Assembly (NCBI GenBank): GCA_963787835.1
Contig: CAWBEI010000003.1
Location: 128,001 to 192,000 of the forward strand
Reading direction: 5' to 3'
Source of the DNA: Ignavibacteriota bacterium
Lineage (GTDB): Bacteria; Bacteroidota; Ignavibacteria; Palsa-1295
Length of the DNA stretch: 64,000 bases
Shown here: positions 9,384-19,094 of the stretch, in pieces
How the letters are laid out: every line of letters begins with the position of its first letter
How positions within the stretch are numbered: position 1 is the stretch's first letter
The notes under the pieces: generated by a model
Told to the model about the DNA's origin: nothing
The model's database searches: none
The model's input: only the letters and a program-made list of their open reading frames with translations
Translations under genes and position numbers: made by a program

Positions 9384-11750
9384 ATGCAGGCACTTCACCA
9401 CAAGCTTCTTCGCGACATCCTGCATTTGCGCGGTCAGGTAATGGCGGTTGCGGCAGTTGTCGCATGTGGAATTGCGGTGTTCGTACTCATGCGCAGCATG
9501 TTTGAAAGCCTCGAATACGAACAAAGCCATTTCTATGAAGAATACAATTTTGCCGATGTCTTTGCTTCGCTGAAAGAAGCGCCGCAATATGTGTCTGACC
9601 GGATTTCGGAGATCCCCGGAGTAAGTTCCGTTACCACGCGGCTTGTGTTCACCGTAACACTAAATGTTCCGGGACTCGATGAAGCCGCAACCGGACGTTT
9701 TGTCTCGCTTCCATTCTATGGCAAACCTACAATGAATGGCATTTTCCTTCGCGAAGGCCGTTTTCCGGAACCCTCCCGCGACGATGAAGCCATTGCAAAC
9801 GAGACGTTTATGAACGCAAACAAGCTGCATCTCGGCGATTCTGTTAGCGCAGTATTGAACGGCCGGTTGCAGGCATTTCGTATCGTGGGTGTTGGGCTTT
9901 CACCGGAATTTGTCTATGCCGTGAGCGGTGGAACTTCCATCTTCCCGGACGATAAACATTTTGGCGTATTCTGGGTCTCGCGAAAAGCGCTCGAACATGC
10001 CTTCGATATTACCGGCTCGTTCAACGATGTTACATTGCATCTTAGCCGCACCGCGAACAAGGCGGACGTCATTGCCGCGCTTGATCTTCTGCTTCGTCCG
10101 TATGGGAGTATTGGCTCGTATGACAGAACTCAGCAAATATCCCACCAATTCCTTCAGGCCAAGATCGATCAGTATAAATCCATGAGCGATTCGCTCCCGA
10201 TCTTGTTTCTCGCGGTTGCGGCGTTCTTAATTCACATTATCCTCACTCGACTGATAGCAACGGAACGCGAGCAGATCGCAGTGTTGAAAGCATTTGGCTA
10301 CACAAGCACACGCATTGCTATACATTACCTTGAATTTGCAATGGTTACCGTTCTCATCGGCGCATTCGCCGGAATTGTGCTTGGTGTTTGGGGTGGAAGT
10401 GGCGTGCTCGGTCTGCTCCTGAAATACTTCCATTTCCCGACACTGATATTCCATCTCGATGTTTCAACCTTTTTCTTTTCCTTTGGGGTGACGGCGATCG
10501 CGTCGCTCTTGGGCGCTCTTAATTCTGTTCGTGCAGCCGTGAAATTGCCGCCTGCGGAAGCAATGCGTCCCGAAGCCCCTGCACTATTCAAGCAGGGATT
10601 TTTCGAACACCTTGGTGTCCAGCGTATTCTCTCAACAAGCGGCAGAATGGCGCTAAGGGATTTCGAACGAAAACCCATAAAATCTCTGCTCTCGATGGTA
10701 ACCATCGCCTTTGCGGTCGCATTGCTTATCGCGGGTGGTGAAATGAATGATTCGATCCGCGATATCGTGACCATCGAGTTTTTTAGCGCCCGGCATGACG
10801 ATCTTTCCGTCGGGTTTCGGGTTCCGAGGCCAGAAGATGCCCGGTACGACCTTTCCAGGATGCCGGGTGTGCTTCGTGTGGAGGGTTCCCGAACCGTCCC
10901 TGTGGATCTCTCGCTCGGTTCTCGAAAAAAAAGGCTTGCTATCCAGGGACTTGATCGTATGGGAACCCTGCGACAGCTTGTCGATGCTAAACGAAGGATC
11001 CATGCGATTCCCCTTCGCGGTCTCGCGCTCACCTCCTATCTTGCACACGAATTGCATGCAAACGTCGGCGACACACTGCGAGTCGAAGTGCTCGAAGGCC
11101 ATCAGCGAACCACGCAGATGATCGTCGAAGACACGATTGACGAACTCCTTGGCATCTCTGCCTATATGGACATTGCGAATATCGGCCTGTTAACGGGTGA
11201 AGACCAGGATTATTCGGAAGCCCAGCTAACGATCGACCCCAGATCCGGCCCGGCAATTCAGCACGCGCTCGAAAATATGCCGCTCGTGACCGGAGTCTCA
11301 CTCCGCACCGGAATGATCGACGATTATCAGAAAACGCTTGCGGATAGTATGCTTACCCTCAACCTTGTCTTCATCCTGTTTGCGAGCGTCCTTGCGTTTG
11401 GGGTTGTCTATAATAGTGGGCGCATCACGCTGAGCGAGCGCGGGCGGGAATTTGCAAGCTTGCGCGTGCTCGGGTTCACAAAGCGCGAAGTAGCCATGAT
11501 CATGATCGGGCAGCAGACCGCGATCGTCCTGCTCGGAATGCCGCTCGGCTTCGCGATCGGGTACCTTCTCAACAAAGGGCTCGGCGGAGCGTATGCGTCC
11601 GAACTCTTTCGCCTGCCATTCGAATTCTCCTCGCAATCGCTCGGTTATGCCGCGATCGTTGTTCTTGCTGCAGGTATCGTATCGAATATTTTTATTATCC
11701 GAAGAATTTATCAGCTCGATATCATTGAAGTACTAAAGACCCGCGAGTAA
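9384..11750 (+). CDS. ABC transporter permease (duplicated MacB/FtsX domains)
   Basis: Two EREQIAVLKAFGY / ERGREFASLRVLGF motifs and many TM segments. Confidence 0.93.
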   Translation: MQALHHKLLRDILHLRGQVMAVAAVVACGIAVFVLMRSMFESLEYEQSHFYEEYNFADVFASLKEAPQYVSDRISEIPGVSSVTTRLVFTVTLNVPGLDEAATGRFVSLPFYGKPTMNGIFLREGRFPEPSRDDEAIANETFMNANKLHLGDSVSAVLNGRLQAFRIVGVGLSPEFVYAVSGGTSIFPDDKHFGVFWVSRKALEHAFDITGSFNDVTLHLSRTANKADVIAALDLLLRPYGSIGSYDRTQQISHQFLQAKIDQYKSMSDSLPILFLAVAAFLIHIILTRLIATEREQIAVLKAFGYTSTRIAIHYLEFAMVTVLIGAFAGIVLGVWGGSGVLGLLLKYFHFPTLIFHLDVSTFFFSFGVTAIASLLGALNSVRAAVKLPPAEAMRPEAPALFKQGFFEHLGVQRILSTSGRMALRDFERKPIKSLLSMVTIAFAVALLIAGGEMNDSIRDIVTIEFFSARHDDLSVGFRVPRPEDARYDLSRMPGVLRVEGSRTVPVDLSLGSRKKRLAIQGLDRMGTLRQLVDAKRRIHAIPLRGLALTSYLAHELHANVGDTLRVEVLEGHQRTTQMIVEDTIDELLGISAYMDIANIGLLTGEDQDYSEAQLTIDPRSGPAIQHALENMPLVTGVSLRTGMIDDYQKTLADSMLTLNLVFILFASVLAFGVVYNSGRITLSERGREFASLRVLGFTKREVAMIMIGQQTAIVLLGMPLGFAIGYLLNKGLGGAYASELFRLPFEFSSQSLGYAAIVVLAAGIVSNIFIIRRIYQLDIIEVLKTRE

Positions 11751-11758
11751 ACATCGAA

Positions 11759-12934
11759 ATGAAAAAGCGCTATTCGAAATATGTCCTTTGGAGTATCACG
11801 ATCTTGTTTGTGGTAGGGATGCTTGTGCTTGCGCTGATTCCCAAGCGCGTACCGGTCATCGGAGCGAGCGTCGTTCGCGGCTCATTAGTCGAAACGATCA
11901 CTGCTGAGGGTACTACGCGTTATCATGACACGTACTTAATAGCCGCTCCAATTGCTGGACTTCTCACTCGAACAGAATTTGAGGTTGGCGCTCGGCTGCA
12001 TAATGGCGAGATACTTGCTAACATCCTTCCACCGGAACTTGATCGCCGGCAAACGGATGAGCTTCAAGCGCGGCTCGAATCCGCTGAAGCATTGGATAAG
12101 CAAGCTCAAACTCAAATCTTTAATGCGCAGACAACACTCCTTCAGGCGACAAAAGACGAAGCAAGATCGAGATCTCTTTTCAGCGCAGGTGCAACACCAC
12201 GCACACAGTTGGAACATGATTCCGATGCCGCCGAACAAGCGCGGCAGGATGCGCAGGCTGCCGAAGCCAGGGAACGGTTTGCACACCACGACGCTGATGC
12301 CATACGAGCCTCGATGATGAATCGAGAAAAAGGAACGTATATTCCCCTTCTATCACCCATCGATGGAGTATTGCTTGATGTGTATGAAAAGAATTCCAGA
12401 GAAGTCGCGGCAAGTACCCCGCTATTCAATATTGGGGATACTACTAGGCAGGAAGTTGTCATCGATCTGTTATCGAGCGATGCACCGCGCGTTCACATCG
12501 GTGATTCCGTACTGGTATCGGTTCCTGGACTTGATAGAAAGCTTCATGCCACTATTCGCCTTATCGAACCGGATGCGTATATCAAAATATCCCCGCTCGG
12601 AATCGAGGAAAAGCGAGTGAATGTGATAGCTGCTTTGCATGATCGTGCATCTGAACTCGGCTCAACATATCGCGTGGACGCAACATTGGTGTTGTGGACT
12701 GGCGAGAACGTTCTTAAAGTCCCGATCGGCGCGCTATTCCGCGATGGAAAGGATTGGGCTGTTTGGATCGTCCGCGATGGCAAAGCCCACGAACAGAGAA
12801 TAACCATCGGCCATCTGAATGATGCGGAAGCAGAAGTCCTGACCGGACTCAAAAAAGGCGATGGGGTGATCGTGCACCCCAGCAATGATGTGATCGAGGG
12901 TGTGAATGTCTCCGTTGCCTCAATGAATCAATAA
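11759..12934 (+). CDS. Efflux periplasmic adaptor (HlyD/RND MFP)
   Basis: N-terminal TM, coiled coil, KISPLGIEEKRVNV, LKVPIGALF. Confidence 0.92.
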   Translation: MKKRYSKYVLWSITILFVVGMLVLALIPKRVPVIGASVVRGSLVETITAEGTTRYHDTYLIAAPIAGLLTRTEFEVGARLHNGEILANILPPELDRRQTDELQARLESAEALDKQAQTQIFNAQTTLLQATKDEARSRSLFSAGATPRTQLEHDSDAAEQARQDAQAAEARERFAHHDADAIRASMMNREKGTYIPLLSPIDGVLLDVYEKNSREVAASTPLFNIGDTTRQEVVIDLLSSDAPRVHIGDSVLVSVPGLDRKLHATIRLIEPDAYIKISPLGIEEKRVNVIAALHDRASELGSTYRVDATLVLWTGENVLKVPIGALFRDGKDWAVWIVRDGKAHEQRITIGHLNDAEAEVLTGLKKGDGVIVHPSNDVIEGVNVSVASMNQ

Positions 12935-12990
12935 ACACTCCTCTTTTGTGTCATGCGAACCCGTTTTGCTTCAATCGTGGTTAACGGTGC

Positions 12991-13890
12991 GTGACATCAA
13001 CCACAACGAACTGCCCAGTCTGCGGAAATGCTGAATCCAAGGCGTTTCCCATGTACTATTTCCTTAAAGAGAAGCGCTTCGATGCACGGAAGTGTATGCG
13101 CTGCGGATTCATCTTCCTCGACCCACGACCAACCGAGGACGATCTTCGCCTCATGTACAGCGATGAATATTTCCTGTTCGATGGGGCGGATTTCGGCGCT
13201 CATGCCTCCACTGATTATGAGACCGCTGCGATCAAAGGTTCTGTAAAATTCCCAGCCATTCTCGGCGCAATTCAAAAATGCAAGCCCAACGGAAAATTCT
13301 TCGAGATAGGTTGCGGCATGGGATATTTCTTGAATTATGCAAAAATGCATGGTTACGATGCCAGCGGAATCGAGTTTGCAGCATTAGGCACAGAAACCTG
13401 CCGGACAAGATTTGGACTCGATGTTACACAAAGCTCATTCGAAGCATGGAATGCTTCGCCCAACGCCTACGATGTGATCTTCATGGGTGATGTGCTCGAA
13501 CATTTCGTCGATCCTCTTCCAATGCTGAAAAAGGCTCATGCCATGCTCAAGCCTTCAGGCGTAGTGGCTGTTGAAGTTCCAGCAGTCTTTAATTCCCTTA
13601 TCGGGCGCGCCGCAGCGATCGGGCTACAACTACTTGGCAAACCGCGCAAAATGCAGATGCCTCCCTATCACGTCAACGAATTCACACCGGCCACGCTCCG
13701 CAAAATTCTGGAGAACGCCGGATATTCGAATATCAAGATCATTCAACGCATAAAGCCGCCCTCGACCATTACATTACGCGGAAGCGCATTCGATAAAGCT
13801 ATAAAGAAATCGCTACAATTCCCAAACTACTTCATTACCAAAACGTTTGGTGTTTTCGGCGATCGCATGCTGGGGATCGGTGTGAAATAG
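12991..13890 (+). CDS. Class I SAM-dependent methyltransferase with N-terminal Zn-ribbon
   Basis: CPVC...CMRCG; FEIGCGMG; DVLEHFVDP. Confidence 0.9.
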   Translation: MTSTTTNCPVCGNAESKAFPMYYFLKEKRFDARKCMRCGFIFLDPRPTEDDLRLMYSDEYFLFDGADFGAHASTDYETAAIKGSVKFPAILGAIQKCKPNGKFFEIGCGMGYFLNYAKMHGYDASGIEFAALGTETCRTRFGLDVTQSSFEAWNASPNAYDVIFMGDVLEHFVDPLPMLKKAHAMLKPSGVVAVEVPAVFNSLIGRAAAIGLQLLGKPRKMQMPPYHVNEFTPATLRKILENAGYSNIKIIQRIKPPSTITLRGSAFDKAIKKSLQFPNYFITKTFGVFGDRMLGIGVK

Positions 13891-13894
13891 TCTA

Positions 13895-14473
13895 TTATGG
13901 CAATTTCGCAAATGTGAAATCATCCACGGTATTCGGGTTCCCATGGACAATCGCTAATCCACTGGAAACTTCGAGCGTAACCGTATCGGTAGGGATCAAG
14001 GTTAGCGTATCGAACATAGTGTGAGGAAACCATGTGAGGCTATCTTGAACGGAATCCGATCGAATGGTTGCTACACCACCACTTTTTTTGGTGATCGAAA
14101 TCCAAGCGGGATGAAAAATGCTGTCAGGAAACACATACTTGGTGTGTGACCACAGCGTAAATTCATACACACCTGAAGTAAGATTAGTAAAGCTTCTGGT
14201 AATATTATCCGATTGAGTGGGAAAATCAACCGAGTGGATCTTGAATCCCCAGGTTCCAACTCCCGGAGGCGCATCCTGTTCAAAATCGACGGTATCTAAA
14301 GAGTGTTGGAATGACCAGCCATTGAACCCATGCGTTCCAGCAGAATCAAACGTGAGATTCTTCATTAAGAATGTTGTATCCGACGTATTCGAGTTGACAG
14401 GTGTGGTGCTGCTCTTGCAAGAGGATAGCAAAAGAACGGCGGGTCCAGCAACGAGGAGGAGATATTTGGTCAT
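13895..14473 (-). CDS. Lipoprotein of unknown function (paralogue of 14499..15128)
   Basis: Lipobox LSSC; shared NGW.F, SGVY.., DTLTL.P.DTV.L and HGNP...DD.TF.KL motifs. Confidence 0.75.
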   Translation of the reverse strand: MTKYLLLVAGPAVLLLSSCKSSTTPVNSNTSDTTFLMKNLTFDSAGTHGFNGWSFQHSLDTVDFEQDAPPGVGTWGFKIHSVDFPTQSDNITRSFTNLTSGVYEFTLWSHTKYVFPDSIFHPAWISITKKSGGVATIRSDSVQDSLTWFPHTMFDTLTLIPTDTVTLEVSSGLAIVHGNPNTVDDFTFAKLP

Positions 14474-14498
14474 GGTCAGGTTTCTCGTCATCAAAAAA

Positions 14499-15128
14499 TT
14501 AGTGTAGCTTCTTGAAGGTAATATCATCATACCAATAGGGATTGCCGTGGCAACTGCTGTCGCACATTCCCGACGCGATCGTGAGCGCAACCGTGTCCGA
14601 AGGCAGGAGGGTGAGTGTATCGAGCACGGTAACGGGATTCCAATCAGTGCTATCGCCGGCGGAAACGCTCGTAGTATCCAGTAGGCCGCCGCTGTGCTTA
14701 ACGATCCCAACCCACCCGACAGGATTATATCCTTGCACCGAATCGAGAACCTTCTTCATTCTGAGCCAAACCGTGAGCGAATAGACGCCGCTCGAACAGT
14801 GTATAAAACTTTTGGTCACATTATTCGTGATGGGTGGCACATCGCTTTTACGCAACGATATGGACCACGCAGCAGTATCGCCGGGAGGAACATAATTCCC
14901 TGAACTGGCGCCGTAAAATGTGATCGTATCACCCGGAATAGAAGGATGAAACACCCAGCCATTCAGCGAAGGCAACCCGTTCACATCGAAATTCTCGTTA
15001 TTCGGGAAAGACGTGCTATCAAAGACAGTCGTGGGGACGCTCGTCGTGTTGGGAGGACTGGTGCTCTTACTACAGGCTGCCAATAATACGGATCCGAGGG
15101 TGAGAAATATCAGGGTAAGCTTGGTCAT
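14499..15128 (-). CDS. Lipoprotein of unknown function (paralogue of 13895..14473)
   Basis: Lipobox LAAC; same shared motifs. Confidence 0.75.
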   Translation of the reverse strand: MTKLTLIFLTLGSVLLAACSKSTSPPNTTSVPTTVFDSTSFPNNENFDVNGLPSLNGWVFHPSIPGDTITFYGASSGNYVPPGDTAAWSISLRKSDVPPITNNVTKSFIHCSSGVYSLTVWLRMKKVLDSVQGYNPVGWVGIVKHSGGLLDTTSVSAGDSTDWNPVTVLDTLTLLPSDTVALTIASGMCDSSCHGNPYWYDDITFKKLH

Positions 15129-15423
15129 CAAAACTTCACAGGGAATAGACGGTAATTTAACGTGAGGCTAGTGCCGTAGGTTCACTCTCCTTCAAGGGTT
15201 AGTAACCTCGATAAATCGATGCCTTGCCTAAAGAAAGAATAGTGTGGGTTGAGTGCCGCAACCTTTGTGTCTGCAAAGTGTTCTCAACAGAGTAAAATTC
15301 TTGTAAAATGGTCAAATCAATTCGTGTTAATTTGCAAGTATTTTACCCGTCGTAGTTTGGTGTTTTTCAAATGAATCTAAGAAAGTGAGTACATTATGCA
15401 AAAGGTCAGTGTCTAGTCAGTTC

Positions 15424-16875
15424 ATGTTACCATCTCGAATTGTAACCCGTGTTCGTCGCGCTATTCCATTCTTACTGCTTCCTGCTGTATTGTTGGCTTT
15501 CGTGAGCGTTGTCGCGTTCCGAACACCGGCAACCCATTCGTTCCCCCCTCAGACCCTTAGCGACCCATTACAACTTCCTACTGGGTGGGAAATGCCTCCG
15601 GTTCCTGCCGGCAATCCCATCACGAATGAGAAGTTTGTGCTTGGCCGCCAATTATTCTATGAAATTGCCCTCAGTGGCGATGGAAAAACCTCATGCGGCA
15701 CCTGCCACAATTCGTATCTAAGTTTTGCTGCACGAGGATCTCACGCAGGAGCTTTCGGAGATACTTCGAAACCCGCCCGCATGGTTCCCAGACTTATAAA
15801 TGTTGCGTATGACACCATACTCACGTGGGATGGTCATATCCAGACGCTGGAACAGCAAGTTCAAATAGCGGTTCAAAAGAAGGGCGATCTTCAAGGCGAT
15901 ACGAGCGTTGCTTTTAGCAAACTTGCAAGTAACCCGGCCTATGCGGCCCTCTTTACTCAGGCCTTCGGGGACCCCGCAATCACATTGGATCGTGTTGCAA
16001 AAGCCATTGCGACCTTTGAGCGTTGCCTAATCAGTGGCAATAGTCCCTACGATCAATATTTAAATGGAGATACGCTGGCTATGTCCTCTTCCGCAATTCG
16101 CGGTATGAATCTTTTCTTCAATACTTCTCAGACCAATTGCACCGATTGTCATAATAACCTCGGTTCAAAAACGCCGAATGTACAAGGCAATATCTTTTCC
16201 GATAATAATTATTATCGCACCGGCACGTTCGAATCGTCTGCTCCGGGAGGAGGATACGGCATCGATACCACAGCGGATTCGCTTTTTTCCAACCTTGATC
16301 CAGGCCGTGAGGCAGTCACGCACGATTCGATCGATATTGGAAAGTTCCGCACTCCCACACTGAGGAACGTGGCACTAACGCCGCCATTTGGTGCGGACGG
16401 TACCGTCTTTAGCCTTGCGCAAGTGCTTGAAAATTATAATATGGGTGGTAGTAGTCGAAGCAATACCAAAATACCTAACCAAGATCCAAGGATCAAGCCA
16501 CTCGGTCTCGATAGCGGCGAATTGCTGGATCTCGAAGCATTTCTCAATAGCCTGACCGATCTTTCCTTTATTTCAAATCCTGCATTTCAGGATCCCGGAG
16601 CACCTGCGGTAGTAGAGGACGGCCATGTGATCTCCGGTAATCTTTCTGTTTATCCGAATCCTGCTTCGGGTTTTGTTAATGTGGAATGCCCAGATTTTAC
16701 CAGCGCTACCGAAGCCACTCTGATCTCCGAACGCGGCGCGACAGTGTGGCGGCAAACACTTAATGCTGATGGCAAACTGCGGCTCGATCTCTCCGGCATT
16801 TCGAACGGCTCGTATCGCCTCATACTGCGTTCCGGCGGGGTGTGGCAATCCGTACCGATCATTCTCCAACGGTAA
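15424..16875 (+). CDS. Di-heme cytochrome c peroxidase/MauG-family protein with T9SS C-terminal domain
   Basis: LGRQLFYE, CGTCH, CTDCH, GKFRTPTLRNVALT; C-terminal VYPNPAS...GSYRL. Confidence 0.88.
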   Translation: MLPSRIVTRVRRAIPFLLLPAVLLAFVSVVAFRTPATHSFPPQTLSDPLQLPTGWEMPPVPAGNPITNEKFVLGRQLFYEIALSGDGKTSCGTCHNSYLSFAARGSHAGAFGDTSKPARMVPRLINVAYDTILTWDGHIQTLEQQVQIAVQKKGDLQGDTSVAFSKLASNPAYAALFTQAFGDPAITLDRVAKAIATFERCLISGNSPYDQYLNGDTLAMSSSAIRGMNLFFNTSQTNCTDCHNNLGSKTPNVQGNIFSDNNYYRTGTFESSAPGGGYGIDTTADSLFSNLDPGREAVTHDSIDIGKFRTPTLRNVALTPPFGADGTVFSLAQVLENYNMGGSSRSNTKIPNQDPRIKPLGLDSGELLDLEAFLNSLTDLSFISNPAFQDPGAPAVVEDGHVISGNLSVYPNPASGFVNVECPDFTSATEATLISERGATVWRQTLNADGKLRLDLSGISNGSYRLILRSGGVWQSVPIILQR

Positions 16876-16888
16876 GGCGCCGCAAATC

Positions 16889-18991
16889 ATGGTTCTAATG
16901 AATCGTATCTTCTACATTTCAATGATCGTGCTCTCTGCCGCGCTCCACACGAGCGCGGCGCAAGCACAATGGGTGCAGACCAATGGGCCGTATGGGGCGT
17001 CGGTTACGAGCATTATTTCTTTCGGAAACAATATTTTTATTGGAACTGAGGGTGGAGTATTTGAATCGACAGATCAGGGTTCGAGTTGGCAGAGCAGGAG
17101 CAGTGGATTGCCCGGCGGTCGCTATTATTATACACTTACAACTCACGGCACCAATATTTTTGCAGCAACGTACTCGACAGTCTATTGCTCGACCGACAGT
17201 GGCGCCACATGGAGTTTAGTGTCTGCAGGCATGCCGGATTCCATTTTTATTTCCTCGTTGGGTTCAAGTAAGCTGTCTGTTTTTGTCCTTTCTGGTCCTT
17301 ACTCCTATGTTAGTTCGAACGATGGGAACGAGTGGAGGCTTTTGGATACGAATCTCACAAAATTTAGCAATCCACAAGTAGCTTTGACGGTTGACTCAAC
17401 AACATACGTCGCCGGCGGTTGGATCACCGAAACGACAAACGATGGTTTGAACTGGGAAATAATGGCCATCCCTCCTGATGATACATCATGGGACATCACA
17501 TGTCTCGCCAATTTAGGCGACTATATCTACGCGATTGATCGTAAATCGGGAATTTTGTTGTCAACAGATCGCGGCGCAACCTGGGAGAATATAATTTACC
17601 TTCCTCAGTTTCAGTTGGCTACAAACCTCGTTATCTTGGGCACTGAAATCTTTGCCGGATCTGACATGGGATCAGTCTTTTGCTCAAATGACAGTGGGAA
17701 GTCCTGGAAACTTGCGTCTTCTGGCCTTCCCATTGGCGATGCATTAAGTGCATTGTCATCAAGCGGGACCGAGCTACTCGCTGGCTACGATGGCTCTGGC
17801 ATGTTCCGCTCCTTCGACAGTGGCAAAACATGGTCGGAATGCTACCGGGGATTCATAAATACTTGCGTAAATGCCATTGCTTCTACCGGCGACACAACTA
17901 TTGTTGGCACGAATGCAGGTGTGTTTCTAAGCACTGATAACGGCTCTTCATGGCAATCGAAAAATAATGGACTGACAGATTACAACATAGCTTCTATACT
18001 TATTGACGGAGAAAATCTTTATGTGGGTTCGCAAAGCGGTACACTTCACTCAGGTGTTTTTCTTTCAACGGATTGGGGAGCTAATTGGAAATCTAATGGA
18101 CTACCCGGAACCATGACTCATTCCCTGCTAAAAAGCGATTCAAAAGTATTCGTTGGTGCAAGCGATGCTCTTTATTCTTCTACTGATAATGGGGCCAGTT
18201 GGAGAGAAACCATCCATGAGCCAACATTCGGTTTAAGCAAGATCGCATCTTATGCATTCTCTGCATCTGCAAATGGTGTTTTTGTTATCATCGACGACGC
18301 TGGTTCAGCTGAATGGTGGTTTGATACGAACGGAATACCAACGAATCCACCAATCATTGTCAGACGAATTTATGCATTAGATTCAGACCTGTTTATTAGT
18401 TGCACTGAGGATTCCTATAAGAGCCTGGGCGTTTTTCGTTCAAGCGATTATGGCTCTACCTGGCGTCAAGTAGCAGATACATTATTCCCATTGCGCGGAT
18501 ACGTAACCTGTTTTGCCTCTTTTGAAAACAACCTCTTTGCAGCAACTGACAGCGATGGAATTTTCCTCACTACCGACTACGGTACCAGTTGGACGCGTGA
18601 GAACTTGGGTTTAGGCGATTCGATGGTTGTCTCCCTCGCCGTACAAGGAAACGAACTCCTCGCAGGCACAGCAACTTCCGGTGTCTGGCGCCGTCCGCTT
18701 GCGGAGATGATACCTTCGTTAAGCGTAGCAGCTGGGAAGCAAATAGGTGACACGATCTCCGTCTATCCAGACCCGGCATCGAGTATTGTCACCGTCTCTT
18801 GCCCCGATATTGTCGGCATCACCGAAGCAAGCCTTATTTCTGAAACTGGCGCAACCGTTTGGCACCGAACAATAACCACGAATAGCCAGCCGTTTCAACT
18901 TGACCTTACCAGTGTTGTGAATGGTGCATATCAGCTGGAGCTTCGTGCTGGAAGCGTGAGTCAGACGACAAAGATCGTGCTCCAACGATAA
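16889..18991 (+). CDS. BNR/Asp-box beta-propeller protein with T9SS C-terminal domain
   Basis: QWVQTNGP start; many S-T-D-x-G-x-[ST]-W repeats; VYPDPAS CTD. Confidence 0.88.
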   Translation: MVLMNRIFYISMIVLSAALHTSAAQAQWVQTNGPYGASVTSIISFGNNIFIGTEGGVFESTDQGSSWQSRSSGLPGGRYYYTLTTHGTNIFAATYSTVYCSTDSGATWSLVSAGMPDSIFISSLGSSKLSVFVLSGPYSYVSSNDGNEWRLLDTNLTKFSNPQVALTVDSTTYVAGGWITETTNDGLNWEIMAIPPDDTSWDITCLANLGDYIYAIDRKSGILLSTDRGATWENIIYLPQFQLATNLVILGTEIFAGSDMGSVFCSNDSGKSWKLASSGLPIGDALSALSSSGTELLAGYDGSGMFRSFDSGKTWSECYRGFINTCVNAIASTGDTTIVGTNAGVFLSTDNGSSWQSKNNGLTDYNIASILIDGENLYVGSQSGTLHSGVFLSTDWGANWKSNGLPGTMTHSLLKSDSKVFVGASDALYSSTDNGASWRETIHEPTFGLSKIASYAFSASANGVFVIIDDAGSAEWWFDTNGIPTNPPIIVRRIYALDSDLFISCTEDSYKSLGVFRSSDYGSTWRQVADTLFPLRGYVTCFASFENNLFAATDSDGIFLTTDYGTSWTRENLGLGDSMVVSLAVQGNELLAGTATSGVWRRPLAEMIPSLSVAAGKQIGDTISVYPDPASSIVTVSCPDIVGITEASLISETGATVWHRTITTNSQPFQLDLTSVVNGAYQLELRAGSVSQTTKIVLQR

Positions 18992-19094
18992 AGTAAGCGG
19001 TCTCGACTTTACCGTAATATAAGTTTGTTTGCGAACGGCTACGGCTTCCCTGCTGTTTTCTAAACCGTTCTCACAATAACCAGCAAAATTTTAC

